NCBI GenBank assembly: GCA_963702095.1
Contig: OY969706.1
Coordinates: forward strand, 1,408,001 to 1,472,000
Direction of reading: 5' to 3'
DNA: 64,000 nucleotides
Origin: Candidatus Bathyarchaeota archaeon
GTDB taxonomy: Archaea > Thermoproteota > Bathyarchaeia > Bathyarchaeales > Bathycorpusculaceae
The notes under the pieces are model-generated. The model saw only the letters and a list, made by a program, of their open reading frames with translations, had not been told where the DNA came from and did no database searches. Below are positions 1 to 9,403 of this stretch, in pieces. Position 1 is the stretch's first letter. Each line of letters opens with the position of its first letter. Made by a program: the position numbers and the translations under genes.

Positions 1-1588
1 CTTTGTCGCCGGTGAGGATGTTGTAGCCTGTCCATTGTCTTAGTTCTTTGTTGAATATAGCGTAGATGCCGTCAGAGGCTGGGCCGATCATCGGTGAAGT
101 GTATGCGGGGATTGTGCGGTTGATTGGACCCCAGAGTACATGCCCGTCTTTCATGCTGTAGCCTGTGTCGCTTGTCCATGTTTGCCATGTGCCAGTCATT
201 GCGTTAGTTGCAACGATCGCTTGGCTTCCCCAGTCTGCGCCGAGAATGTTAATGCCTGCTGTTCCGCCTGCGCGTGAAATCGATATGGTGCGGTTTGTTG
301 CTAATGGTGCAGTCCATACTATGCCTTTGTTGAAGTCAATTTTTGCGCCTGCTGTTGGTCTAAAGCTCCAGCTTGTTGAGCTTTGTGTAATGCATTTTGT
401 TGAGTTCCACATGTTTAATGTGTAGTCAGTTGAGTTTAGGTAGTACGCGATTATGTTGCCGTTGTCGTCTGCGAAGGGTTCAAAGTATGATACGCCGCTT
501 GTGCAGTTTTCGACAGTTAAAATGTCTTTACCGCTGAATGCGTCAACCATAACTAGTGAACTACCGCTGGCTCCCCATAGGTATGCTTGGGCACCGTATT
601 GGTTGGGTGTAGTGAATTCAAGTAATTGACCCATTCGTAGTTGCATTGTTGTGTCTTTTGTCCAGATAACTTCGCCTGTCTTTAAGTCGAGTGCAGTCCA
701 TCCTTGAATGTTAGAAGCGGTTGGTACATTAGCGTAGTAGAGAACACCTGCAATAATTACTGGTGAGAATTTGCCTTCGTATTGTAAACCTGCATAGAAA
801 ACGCTGTCTTCAGTTCCGCTCATGGCGCCAGTGCCATTGGAGCTTCCTCCAACTTGGCCACCGAAAGCTACTTGTTTAGTCCAAATTACGTGTGCAGTTT
901 TTGGTCCGTCACTGTAAGGTTGGTAACCGCCGTTGTTGTCATATAAACCGGTGCCACCGAAGTCGAGTTTCATACCGAGACCGAGCCAGTTACCGCCAAT
1001 AGAGTACCATTCGGTATTCTGGGCATTAATTGGGCGTTGCCAGTATTCGGTTGGAAGTGGGTTGTTTGGATAGCCTGAGATGGCGTCTTCTTGGATCTCG
1101 ACGTTCATTGATGCATTGCTTGGTTTGTAATAGTCGCCGATGTATTGCGCGTATGATGTACCAGCCCATCCGGTTGGGGGTGGATTCTCGCCGGTCATGT
1201 TTAATCCAGCAAATACAACGTCGATTGTAAAGTTGCCTGCCTTGGTTGGTGTCCATGCTGTGTAGGCTGCGCCTGCAACGTCTGATTTTAAGTTGAAGGT
1301 TTCTACGGTCGTTCCGCTTTGGTCTTTGACTGTAACGGCGAAGGACCATCGGTCTCCATAAACGTTGTTAGCAGTTTGTGGGACCCAGTTAAGCCAACAG
1401 TTAATGTAGAGTGGTTGACCTACTGCGGCTGGGTTTGGTGCTGCGTTGACGAAGCAGTAAGTGTCGATTGTCCAGCCTGGTGTGCGCGCGCTAGTGGTTG
1501 GTACGGCATAAGAGAATGCTGTTGATACGATTGATAATAGCAGAATAGTCGCGATTGCTACTTTTAGGTTGTTTTCTAATTTGTGCAT
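1..1588 (-). CDS. Secreted PQQ-like beta-propeller repeat surface protein (Bathyarchaeia-expanded family); 3' end runs off the window
   Basis: Not in the ORF track. Manual translation from ATG 1588: MHKLENNLKVAIATILLLSIVSTAFSYAVPTTSARTPGWTIDTYCFVNAAPNPAAVGQ...PLPTEYWQRPINAQNTEWYSIGGNWLG. Signal peptide and the same motifs as the paralog at 49690-52395. Confidence 0.8.
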   Translation of the reverse strand, partial: MHKLENNLKVAIATILLLSIVSTAFSYAVPTTSARTPGWTIDTYCFVNAAPNPAAVGQPLYINCWLNWVPQTANNVYGDRWSFAVTVKDQSGTTVETFNLKSDVAGAAYTAWTPTKAGNFTIDVVFAGLNMTGENPPPTGWAGTSYAQYIGDYYKPSNASMNVEIQEDAISGYPNNPLPTEYWQRPINAQNTEWYSIGGNWLGLGMKLDFGGTGLYDNNGGYQPYSDGPKTAHVIWTKQVAFGGQVGGSSNGTGAMSGTEDSVFYAGLQYEGKFSPVIIAGVLYYANVPTASNIQGWTALDLKTGEVIWTKDTTMQLRMGQLLEFTTPNQYGAQAYLWGASGSSLVMVDAFSGKDILTVENCTSGVSYFEPFADDNGNIIAYYLNSTDYTLNMWNSTKCITQSSTSWSFRPTAGAKIDFNKGIVWTAPLATNRTISISRAGGTAGINILGADWGSQAIVATNAMTGTWQTWTSDTGYSMKDGHVLWGPINRTIPAYTSPMIGPASDGIYAIFNKELRQWTGYNILTGDK

Positions 1589-1810
1589 TTTTTTCTTTAT
1601 CTCCCTGAAAGCAACCACTTGTATGCGCCCATATATAATTCTTGTTGTTTTTTTTATATCAAAACCTTTTTTATTATTCAAATTTGATGTCAAAATTAAG
1701 GAATTAGCTTTCATGCATGCGTTCATCAACTTTAGTAATCTTGATAATTGGGCAAAATTTATTAATGTAAAAGGTTAATCTGGTTGAATAAAATACAGTT
1801 GAATGTCGAC

Positions 1811-2275
1811 ATGGATGAAATCGATACAAGGATTCTGGAAATGCTTATTTTGGATGCAAGGACAAGCTTGAGTGATATTGCGAGGGCATGCGATATTTCT
1901 TCTGTTTCGGTTTTAAATCGAATTAAGCGTTTAAGAAAGCTCGGAGTCATAACTGGAGCAACCCTGTTTCCGGCGCTTGAAGAACTGGGATTTTATATTA
2001 CAGCACTTATTGGTGTGCAAACAAATTCTAACACTGAGGAGCTCAGAGAATTCTTCAAAACCAATACTTGTCTAATTGAGCCTTCCAGTAGCGTAGGCGA
2101 ATACGATTTTTGCGCCTTAGTCTACGCTGAGAATATTGCAAGCTTAAACGAGAAGATAGATGTTGTTCGACGACGGTTTGGTGTGCGAAAAGTGATCGTG
2201 AATGTGTATTCTAAACTCCCGGTTTTATCCTTCGAAAATATCGATCTTAATCCGCTAAAAAGAGTAGAAAAATAA
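1811..2275 (+). CDS. Lrp/AsnC family transcriptional regulator
   Basis: MDEIDTRILEML..DARTSLSDIA...V..RIKRL...GVI HTH plus RAM-like C-terminus; alternative start 1784. Confidence 0.85.
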   Translation: MDEIDTRILEMLILDARTSLSDIARACDISSVSVLNRIKRLRKLGVITGATLFPALEELGFYITALIGVQTNSNTEELREFFKTNTCLIEPSSSVGEYDFCALVYAENIASLNEKIDVVRRRFGVRKVIVNVYSKLPVLSFENIDLNPLKRVEK

Positions 2276-2793
2276 TGGATAAGCTTGACTACCTTATACT
2301 AAGCGAGTTGTTGAAGGATGCCTCATTACCGTTTGTTACGATCTCGCAACGAGTGGGCGCTTCACCGTATACGGTTAGAAGGCGGTTCGAAAAATTAAAG
2401 AAAGGACTCATTGTTAACAACTGCATAGCATCCATAGATATGTCCAAATTGGGGTACCAAGGAAAACTATTCTCGTTCATCACGATTGCCTCGGAAGGCG
2501 ATAAGGCGCTTATTATTTCGCAACTCTCAAAAATCCGTAACATATTCATAACTACAGAGTTGATGGCGCCATTCGATATTTTATCCATAGCCTTCATAAC
2601 TGATCTTAGAAGCATTCAAGAGATAGTGGAGCAAATTAAGAAGATACCGTTTGTGCAACACGTAAAAATCGCCTGCATCGACAACTCCGAGTTCCCTCTA
2701 TCGCCAAATTTCGGCTCAATCCTGAGTGAAAAAAGCCGAAGTCTAGCCATCCCCCAAAGAGAGGGGTGTGTTAGCAGCAAAGAGACTAAATAG
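2275..2793 (+). CDS. Lrp/AsnC family transcriptional regulator
   Basis: MDKLDYLILSELLKDASLPF..IS...TVRRRFEKL; start overlaps the upstream stop (TAATG). Confidence 0.85.
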   Translation: MDKLDYLILSELLKDASLPFVTISQRVGASPYTVRRRFEKLKKGLIVNNCIASIDMSKLGYQGKLFSFITIASEGDKALIISQLSKIRNIFITTELMAPFDILSIAFITDLRSIQEIVEQIKKIPFVQHVKIACIDNSEFPLSPNFGSILSEKSRSLAIPQREGCVSSKETK

Positions 2794-2845
2794 AAAAAGC
2801 TTTTAAGACAATAAATAGTAAATATTCAAAAATCTGACCACAAGC

Positions 2846-3442
2846 ATGAAGCCTAAGACTGTGGCAGTAATTGTCACATTTACTGCTCTTACAACTGCAT
2901 TAAATTTTTTCAGATTTCCAGTTCCTTTCTTGCCTGCTTTTAGTTATCAATTGGGCGATGTCGTTTTGGTTGTGGCATTTTTACTTTTCAGCCCCTTAAT
3001 CGGTTTGTCAATCGCTTTTCTCAACATGATTGTGAACATTATTATCCCCACAACGCTAGCAGGAGTTTATGGTCCGCCCTATTATTTTTTGGCAGTTACC
3101 ACCATGCTGCTTGGAGTTTTTATATCCGATAAGTTAATGGCACGACGCAAGTTTAGGGTTGAGTGTGGAGGCAGGGTTTTGTGTAGACCCGTTGTTGCTT
3201 ACACGGGCTTGGGCATTTTAACGCGGGTTTTACTGATGCTTCCATGTGACTACTTTATCTACGGGTTCTTGGTATCGGTGGTTTCCGGTTGGAGCCTCTC
3301 AGCCTCGTATGCGCTTGTTCTGTCAACGATGCCTCTGATCATCGTGTATAATGTTACAGTGCCCCTCATCGTTATTCCCATAAGCTACTACGTAACCGAA
3401 AGAGTTGCTAAAACCAGAATTGCCCAAAGCCTCATCAGTTAA
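2846..3442 (+). CDS. ECF transporter S-component-like membrane protein
   Basis: ~200 aa with 5-6 hydrophobic helices; N-terminal A....F.AL...L...P.PF and YQLGD pattern typical of S components. Confidence 0.55.
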   Translation: MKPKTVAVIVTFTALTTALNFFRFPVPFLPAFSYQLGDVVLVVAFLLFSPLIGLSIAFLNMIVNIIIPTTLAGVYGPPYYFLAVTTMLLGVFISDKLMARRKFRVECGGRVLCRPVVAYTGLGILTRVLLMLPCDYFIYGFLVSVVSGWSLSASYALVLSTMPLIIVYNVTVPLIVIPISYYVTERVAKTRIAQSLIS

Positions 3443-3535
3443 GGCGGCTAAATTTTTCATCAAAGAAACGTAAATAAGCATCCTTGCCACAGACTAAGTA
3501 GTTTCTCTAAAAGGAGGAATGTTCCCCAGGAAAGT

Positions 3536-3612
3536 GCCGAGGTAGCTCAGCCTGGGAGAGCGCTCGGCTGAAGACCGAGTCGTCGCATGTTCAAACCCTG
3601 CCCTCGGCACCA
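3536..3612 (+). tRNA. tRNA-Phe(GAA), CCA encoded, T-arm slightly deviant
   Basis: GCCGAGG/CCTCGGC acceptor stem, GCTC/GAGC D stem, CTCGG-CTGAAGA-CCGAG anticodon arm; T stem GCATG/CCTGC has a T.C mismatch and the loop is TTCAAAC. Confidence 0.85.
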
Positions 3613-3654
3613 TACCATTAATTTGGAATAAACCTGCGACAGGTTTACTTCTCT

Positions 3655-3840
3655 TCACTTCCTCTTCTTAAAGAATTGTAAATCGTCTAAAAAACGTAAA
3701 AACTCCAAGGCTTGTTCAATTAGGTTCAGCGAGTTCTTGTGTGTTTAACCACCTTGCAAATGAGAGAATCATCTCTTTCCATATTAGAAGCTGTGTATGG
3801 TAGAGTTTTGCTGCTATTGTGATCGAACAATTTCACTACG
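3655..3840 (-). pseudogene. Degraded C-terminal remnant of a tyrosine recombinase/integrase
   Basis: Frameshifted translation VVKLFDHNSSKTLPYT(Q)LL...ERDDSLICKVVK..QELAELIEQALEFLRFLDDLQFFKKRK*. Resembles the LGH...T..Y box and the ...FRKRK tail of archaeal integrases; stop lies ~42 bp from the tRNA 3' end. Confidence 0.5.
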
Positions 3841-3961
3841 ATGACGGTTAGCACCCGGTTGTCATAGCGGATGACCTCCTAAAGGGTACCCCGGTACTCC
3901 TCCCTCGGTACATTAACAAAAAAAGAAGACGATTTATTTTACATTTAACGAGGACAGATTT

Positions 3962-4375
3962 TTAGCGGCTATCCCACAGAGGGTCGCCCATATGAAAAGA
4001 CACGCTTGTCGAGCCATTTGGAATTTGAATGGATGTATTGATGGTCTTCGAGCTTTCGGCAAGTACGTCACCTATGGTGACCATTTCAGTTTTTATTACC
4101 TCGTTGCTATCGACGTTGAAGAATGAGACCTCAACTCTGCAATTGATTGCATCTTTCTCGCCCATGTTTTGGGCAGTGCCATCTAAGTTGAACATTCCAG
4201 TATTGGTGTCATATCCGCCGCCTAGGTCTACTGCTACTGAGGCATCTTTTAGTTCGGGGGTGCTATTTGCCGAGAATATTGAACCCACCATGCCTAAGAA
4301 AACAAGAGAGCCAACTGCAACAACCACGATTACACTGACTACCACTGCAAGTATTATTATATTTGATTTCTTCAT
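3962..4375 (-). CDS. Membrane-anchored Ig-like (FxLYD-like) hypothetical protein
   Basis: N-terminal TM helix followed by G.AQN.G..DA....V.V.FF beta-sandwich pattern. Confidence 0.6.
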   Translation of the reverse strand: MKKSNIIILAVVVSVIVVVAVGSLVFLGMVGSIFSANSTPELKDASVAVDLGGGYDTNTGMFNLDGTAQNMGEKDAINCRVEVSFFNVDSNEVIKTEMVTIGDVLAESSKTINTSIQIPNGSTSVSFHMGDPLWDSR

Positions 4376-4689
4376 GGGCGATGTTCTTAGTATCGATTTA
4401 ATAAAGCTTTGTAAACTAACAATCGCTTCTTATTGGACAATATTGTCAACAATAATGTCAAATATCTTACATACTATTTGAATATGGTTTTCTTTTAGAC
4501 ATGTAGTCGCGGGATCAAGTTAGTAAAACAGTGTTTGTTGCTATGTGTAGTCCTTTCCAGTGACCAAATGGTTCTTGGGGAATATTTCACAAGCTCAATG
4601 AAGAAAAATGACTGTACTTGGATTTGTTTGAGGTGGGCAACCAAGTCAGCAAGTGCCTTGCGGAAGCTCCCACGTACTGCGATGCTCCT

Positions 4690-5931
4690 TTACGATAAAT
4701 CCAACAGCTCATTAAATAGTAACAAATAATCGTGGACATGGCTGACTATCAGAAAATGCTTTCGGACCCATTCTTTTCCGTTTATGCCCATCCGTTTTGC
4801 CAGCGCTCTGTTCTTCAATAAACCCAACGTTCGTTCAGCTGCCTGCTCTACAGTGTTGACAAGGAACCCATTCTGACCGTCCACTATCTGAAGCGGAACC
4901 CCGCCGACCCTTCTGCCTACAACAGGGACACCCTTCCATAGTGCTTCAGCTACCGTTAAACCGAAGCCTTCACGCGTTGACATCTGCAAAACGACTTGCG
5001 AGGTACGTTGAAAAGCGTTAACCTCCACATCCTTCATGCCTTTTGCATCGGTTAGAAGAAGGTGAATGTCGGGGTCCTCGCTGGCATGTCGCGCGGTTTT
5101 TTCGAAGTAGTGCCAGCCTTCTGGGTCGTCGGTTGCCATTCCCCCAATGAGTAAAAGCTGGACGCTTGGGAACTGTTTTTTGACAAGCCTGTAAACGTCG
5201 ATTGCGCCTGAAGGGTCTTTCCAGGGGTCAAATCGTCCTACCTGAGTTATAATCGGCAGGTCAGGCTTCACTTCATAACGGTTTAAAACTGAGAGGATCT
5301 CTGAATCTGTGAGTTCTCGGTTTTTATCGCTAAGAGGGTTAATGGAGGGAGGTCTTATGGATAGTGCTGGAACAATTAGGCTGGGCACAACGTATTGTTT
5401 TGCCGTGAAAACTGCGGCGGTGTAGCGTGCGATGTAGGGTTCTAGAAACCTCCATACGGCTTTGTTGGGTGTGGAGAGGTCAATGTGGCATCGCCATATC
5501 CAGCAGTTCTTGTTGGAGGAGTATTGAATGAGTGCAGCTGGTTGGGCATCGTGGACCATAACGATGTCGGCGTCGAGGTTCGCTGTTTCGCTGTTCATTT
5601 TGTTGTTTTCCAGGTAGGTTTGCTCTTCTTCTTTGCTAAGGGTAAGGTTGGCTCCCTGCAATGCGTTGTGCATCTTCTTGGTTATGTTGAAGAAGCTGAG
5701 GTCTCCTTTAATGACTTCCCACTGGACATTTAAGCCTGCATCGCGCATGAGTGGGACCATGCTGTGGAGGATTTCGGCTACGCCACCGCCAAACGAGGTT
5801 GAGTTTATGTGAGTGACCGATTTGCCCTTTAGCTTGTCGCCCAGCGAACGCACAGTTTGGATTTGTTCTTCGCCCACTATGCTTACAAAATCCGATAGCT
5901 CAATTTTACCGGTCAATCCAACATTTAACAT
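4690..5931 (-). CDS. treT: Trehalose synthase (glycosyl-transferring, GT4)
   Basis: HINSTSFGGGVAEIL, WIWRCHID, RFDPWKD and REGFGLTVAEALWKG motifs. Confidence 0.85.
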   Translation of the reverse strand: MLNVGLTGKIELSDFVSIVGEEQIQTVRSLGDKLKGKSVTHINSTSFGGGVAEILHSMVPLMRDAGLNVQWEVIKGDLSFFNITKKMHNALQGANLTLSKEEEQTYLENNKMNSETANLDADIVMVHDAQPAALIQYSSNKNCWIWRCHIDLSTPNKAVWRFLEPYIARYTAAVFTAKQYVVPSLIVPALSIRPPSINPLSDKNRELTDSEILSVLNRYEVKPDLPIITQVGRFDPWKDPSGAIDVYRLVKKQFPSVQLLLIGGMATDDPEGWHYFEKTARHASEDPDIHLLLTDAKGMKDVEVNAFQRTSQVVLQMSTREGFGLTVAEALWKGVPVVGRRVGGVPLQIVDGQNGFLVNTVEQAAERTLGLLKNRALAKRMGINGKEWVRKHFLIVSHVHDYLLLFNELLDLS

Positions 5932-6094
5932 GTAGAAAGCCTCAGAAGTGAATCCTAAAAGTCAGGGACAATACTATGTTGTTCGGCTTCAATAATAATC
6001 TGTTGCTAGATAATTTGACTTCATCAACTGACTTCAAAGCTACCAATGACTTTATTACTTGCCCACATTTTGACTATTGATTCGAGGTTTTAAC

Positions 6095-6649
6095 GTGGAA
6101 TTAGACGTTGCGATAAAAGGTAGAAGAAGCGTTAGGGCTTATACTGATGAACCAGTTTCTAAAGAGCATTTAGACGCAGTCTTGGAGGCGGGTGTTTGGG
6201 CGCCCACTGGAATGGGTCGCCAGCCATGGCGATTCGTCATCATCGAGGATAAGAGCCTGATTAAATTCGTTTCCGACGAAACCAAGGAATTGGTTAAAAA
6301 GAACATGCCGCCGCTTGCAGCGCAGTTTTCAACTGACAAAGACATAATCTGCTACAACGCGCCTATGCTGGTTCTCATATGTACCGAGAAAGACCCCCAG
6401 TGGAGCAACGTCAACTTGCTGGACAGCGTCTTGGCAGCGCAGAACATGTTCCTCAAAGCCTATGAACTAGGTCTTGGAACATGCTACATGGGCTTTGTCC
6501 AGTTTCTGAACAGCAAGCCAGAAGTACTTCGCAAGCTAGGTGTTCCGGAAAACTTTGAGATGACCGTTCCGCTTATAATCGGCCACCCCAAGGCAACGCA
6601 GGGTCAGGGCAAAAGAGAGAAGCCCAACATAGCAAAATGGGTAAAATAG
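6095..6649 (+). CDS. Nitroreductase family protein
   Basis: RRSVRAY, WAPTG...QPWRF, AAQNMFL.A..LGLGTC; GTG start after GAGG. Confidence 0.9.
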   Translation: MELDVAIKGRRSVRAYTDEPVSKEHLDAVLEAGVWAPTGMGRQPWRFVIIEDKSLIKFVSDETKELVKKNMPPLAAQFSTDKDIICYNAPMLVLICTEKDPQWSNVNLLDSVLAAQNMFLKAYELGLGTCYMGFVQFLNSKPEVLRKLGVPENFEMTVPLIIGHPKATQGQGKREKPNIAKWVK

Positions 6650-6671
6650 GTACCGCCGGTTTTACCAGCGC

Positions 6672-7256
6672 CTATTTTTTTCCTTTTGGCATAACAATAC
6701 CTTCCTCGGGGTCACCATAAACAACGGCGTTTCCCTCAAGGTACAGTTTTCCCACATAAGCACATGTTACGGCGTCGAGTTCATGGTCACTCATGCCGCT
6801 GTCGAGCCCCTCAATACCCAAGTTTTCCAAACCCTGCCTGAGTTTTTCTATCCCCTTCTGTTTCCGTGGTATGCCCAGCACGTCTTGGGCGCCTCCGGGA
6901 TACGCTTCGATAACCCTGAACTCGTTTGCTTCAAAGATTGCTTTTAGGTTTATGCCACGTACAGTCAATTTTCGCATGGGTCCCAATGTCACGGGGAAGA
7001 GTTTGATGCCCATTTTGAGTAGTATGCGGTCGCTTTCTCTCAGGTGGTTTGCTATGCGTTCTTCGATGGATTTTCTTCCCGGCGGCAAGCAGAGGGGGGC
7101 GTCGATGGCGATGAGGGCTGGATTGGCGGAGGCTGTTTTTTCGATGATTTCTTTAGTACTGTATAGCAGGGAGGTCTGTGTTTTCATGCCGATGAGTGTG
7201 CAGAAGCCTGTTGGTCGGGTCTCGACACCTGCCAAATCTAATCCAACAACGTACAT
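6672..7256 (-). CDS. DUF429 family (RNase H-like) protein
   Basis: VVGLDLAG, IAIDAPL, IEAYP and HELDAVTCA motifs; start refined to ATG 7256. Confidence 0.75.
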   Translation of the reverse strand: MYVVGLDLAGVETRPTGFCTLIGMKTQTSLLYSTKEIIEKTASANPALIAIDAPLCLPPGRKSIEERIANHLRESDRILLKMGIKLFPVTLGPMRKLTVRGINLKAIFEANEFRVIEAYPGGAQDVLGIPRKQKGIEKLRQGLENLGIEGLDSGMSDHELDAVTCAYVGKLYLEGNAVVYGDPEEGIVMPKGKK

Positions 7257-7463
7257 ACGCGTGCACAGTAACCATTCATTCCGCCCTAAATAATTGATTA
7301 CGCCCGCGCATATGGATGCTCCAAGCGCTTGCTTATTAACATACAAACCCATGTTTCTTCCATGTTGCCACATAAAAGAAGCCCATTTTAGCCATATTAT
7401 AAGCAAGCGATAGAAAGTATTTTAAACCCATACATAAGATAACGTTCAATCAGAGGAATATCC

Positions 7464-7628
7464 ATGGCAAAATGTCCTATTTGTGGAAAAGAAGTAAAGA
7501 CTGCTAAAAAAACGTGGAAGATGGCCGGCAAGCCTGACAAAAAAGGCAAACGGACTCAACTTACCATTGCACTCTACGACTGCTGCGGTAAGACTTTCCG
7601 TGAAGTACTGGATAAGAAAAAAATCTAA
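7464..7628 (+). CDS. Cren7-like small chromatin protein (54 aa, Cys-containing variant)
   Basis: Not in the ORF track: MAKCPICGKEVKTAKKTWKMAGKPDKKGKRTQLTIALYDCCGKTFREVLDKKKI. GAGG RBS, upstream TTTTAAA box, T-rich terminator; matches the Cren7 K.W.LA.K..KG..I.L...GK.FR..L pattern. Confidence 0.75.
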   Translation: MAKCPICGKEVKTAKKTWKMAGKPDKKGKRTQLTIALYDCCGKTFREVLDKKKI

Positions 7629-7672
7629 ACCCAAAAACGTTTCCTTTTCTATTTTTTTTATTTCTTTCTTAT

Positions 7673-8341
7673 TCAGCAGCTAATATGGGTGTAAACATTT
7701 TTTTGGCCCTCTAAAATCGCTGCTATGCGGTCAGGGTAGATGCCGTTTAGGACAAAACAATCCAGCCTCCACTTCAACAGCAACCCCGCCAACGCAGAAT
7801 CCACACTGGTACGCTTCATGCCCAGTAATTGCTTAACGGATAATTCTTCTATTAGAGCCGCCTTGGGATTCTGTTTAGGGTCCTCAGCGTAGACCCCATC
7901 CACATCAGTGGCCAGCAATAGCCGCTTCGCACGCAGTCTATGAGCGATGTAGAGGGCAATCGAATCAGAAGTCACTGCCCAAGAATTTTCCAAGGGGTCA
8001 TCTCTCTGCATCAGCTGGGCAGGCAAGAAAACAGCCAATTTGCCTTCAGCCAACGCTTTCCACGTATCTTTTAGGCGGCTTGATTGGACCGCCGTGGGCA
8101 GTAAATCGAGCAGTAACAGACCGTACTGGTCCATGCCCAAAATCGCCATCCGATGCGACGCCTGATTTGAAAAGCTAAAGCGTTTGTCGAGTTGCCGCAC
8201 TGTATCTGCGAATTCGCCACCGCCCGGCACCACAACCAACCTAAACCTGCCAGAGAACTCGCTTAGTCTACTGCATAATGATCGCAGTTTTTCTGGTTGG
8301 TGGGCTAAACTGCCGCCTACTTTCACCACATTTATGTCCAA
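7673..8341 (-). CDS. mfnE: [5-(aminomethyl)furan-3-yl]methyl phosphate kinase (amino-acid kinase family)
   Basis: VVKVGGSL, VVPGGGEFAD.VR, SW.VTSDSIA, TDVDGVY; mfn operon context. Confidence 0.75.
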   Translation of the reverse strand: MDINVVKVGGSLAHQPEKLRSLCSRLSEFSGRFRLVVVPGGGEFADTVRQLDKRFSFSNQASHRMAILGMDQYGLLLLDLLPTAVQSSRLKDTWKALAEGKLAVFLPAQLMQRDDPLENSWAVTSDSIALYIAHRLRAKRLLLATDVDGVYAEDPKQNPKAALIEELSVKQLLGMKRTSVDSALAGLLLKWRLDCFVLNGIYPDRIAAILEGQKNVYTHISC

Positions 8342-9393
8342 GTATTTGATTCTCCTGTGTGGTTGTTTGCAGCCATTAAGGCGACAGCGGCGGCGGGGGT
8401 GGCAATGACCGCTTGCTTGGACAGCACTTGGTCCATGTCGATGATTTCGTCGGCGCCTATTTGCTGGGCTGCTTTGCGTGCAAGGAATCTTCTTCCAAGC
8501 CCAGTGACCACGACTGGAACATGTGAAGCCAACGTTTTTGTGTATGCATAGGCTCTGCTTAAGCCCGATGCAATCTGATTGATCTGCTGGGCGTAGATAT
8601 ACTGTGCCATCCCACGGAGTTCGTGCTGGGTAAGCATCTCGGTGTCTGCGCAAACAACCCTTGCAAGCCGCGCGTAAGCTTCGGAGACGGTTTTTCCCCT
8701 TCCATCAGCCGTTTCAGAGGTGTAATCCTCCACGCAAATGTTTCCCAGAATCACATGGACATCGCCTGATTGTGCAAAAAGCTCAGACGATACCCCCGAA
8801 ACGCCGCCTCGGAGGGGAATCGACTGCACAATCGCCGCAACATTGGTGCGCAAGCTGCCTGTGTAGACGAGTTCGCCGCAGACGAGTTTATCGAGGTCTG
8901 TTTTGCCCTTGGCAGCCAATTTGCCGCCTGCGATAGGAATAATGCTTGTGCTCGTACTCCCGACATCCGCCACGACGGCATCGCGGAGACGCTGGGCTAC
9001 TCGCCAGCCGGTCGCCGCCCAATTTGCCGCTGCAACACTGAGGGGGTTAGCTTTGGCTGATTCTGCTGTAACCAGTTGAGCGTCGGTTTTTAGAACAGAA
9101 ATCGGCGTCGCTGGAAAAGCCGTCTGGACGCAAGACAGGATGCGCTCTATGCCTTCCCGTTTGGTCTGGTAAGCATCGGAGAGTTCAGCGGTCATGGTAA
9201 CGCCTACTACGTCAGGCGCGGCAGCGAGTTTTTCCTTCACCGCCACAAGAACGCCAGTAAGTTTGTCCGGGGCTTTCCACACAGGAAAATACTCCACCGC
9301 CACCTCCACACCGCCAACCTTGCCCTTTTCAGCGTGCAGGAGCACGGCTTTGGTGTTGGCGCCTCCGATATCAAAGCCTAACGCTGTAACCAA
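8332..9393 (-). CDS. mfnF: Methanofuran synthesis protein MfnF (hydantoinase A-like)
   Basis: GFDIGGANTK, VTMTAELSD, AAANW.A, DVGSTSTSIIP, ELVYTG.LRT. Confidence 0.85.
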   Translation of the reverse strand: MVTALGFDIGGANTKAVLLHAEKGKVGGVEVAVEYFPVWKAPDKLTGVLVAVKEKLAAAPDVVGVTMTAELSDAYQTKREGIERILSCVQTAFPATPISVLKTDAQLVTAESAKANPLSVAAANWAATGWRVAQRLRDAVVADVGSTSTSIIPIAGGKLAAKGKTDLDKLVCGELVYTGSLRTNVAAIVQSIPLRGGVSGVSSELFAQSGDVHVILGNICVEDYTSETADGRGKTVSEAYARLARVVCADTEMLTQHELRGMAQYIYAQQINQIASGLSRAYAYTKTLASHVPVVVTGLGRRFLARKAAQQIGADEIIDMDQVLSKQAVIATPAAAVALMAANNHTGESNTWT

Positions 9394-9403
9394 ACTCTTT
9401 GCC

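Noticed and set aside
165-1778. Short track ORFs at the window start and similar antisense/alternate-frame ORFs throughout
   Set aside because: Shadows of longer genes with recognisable motifs on the opposite strand or in another frame
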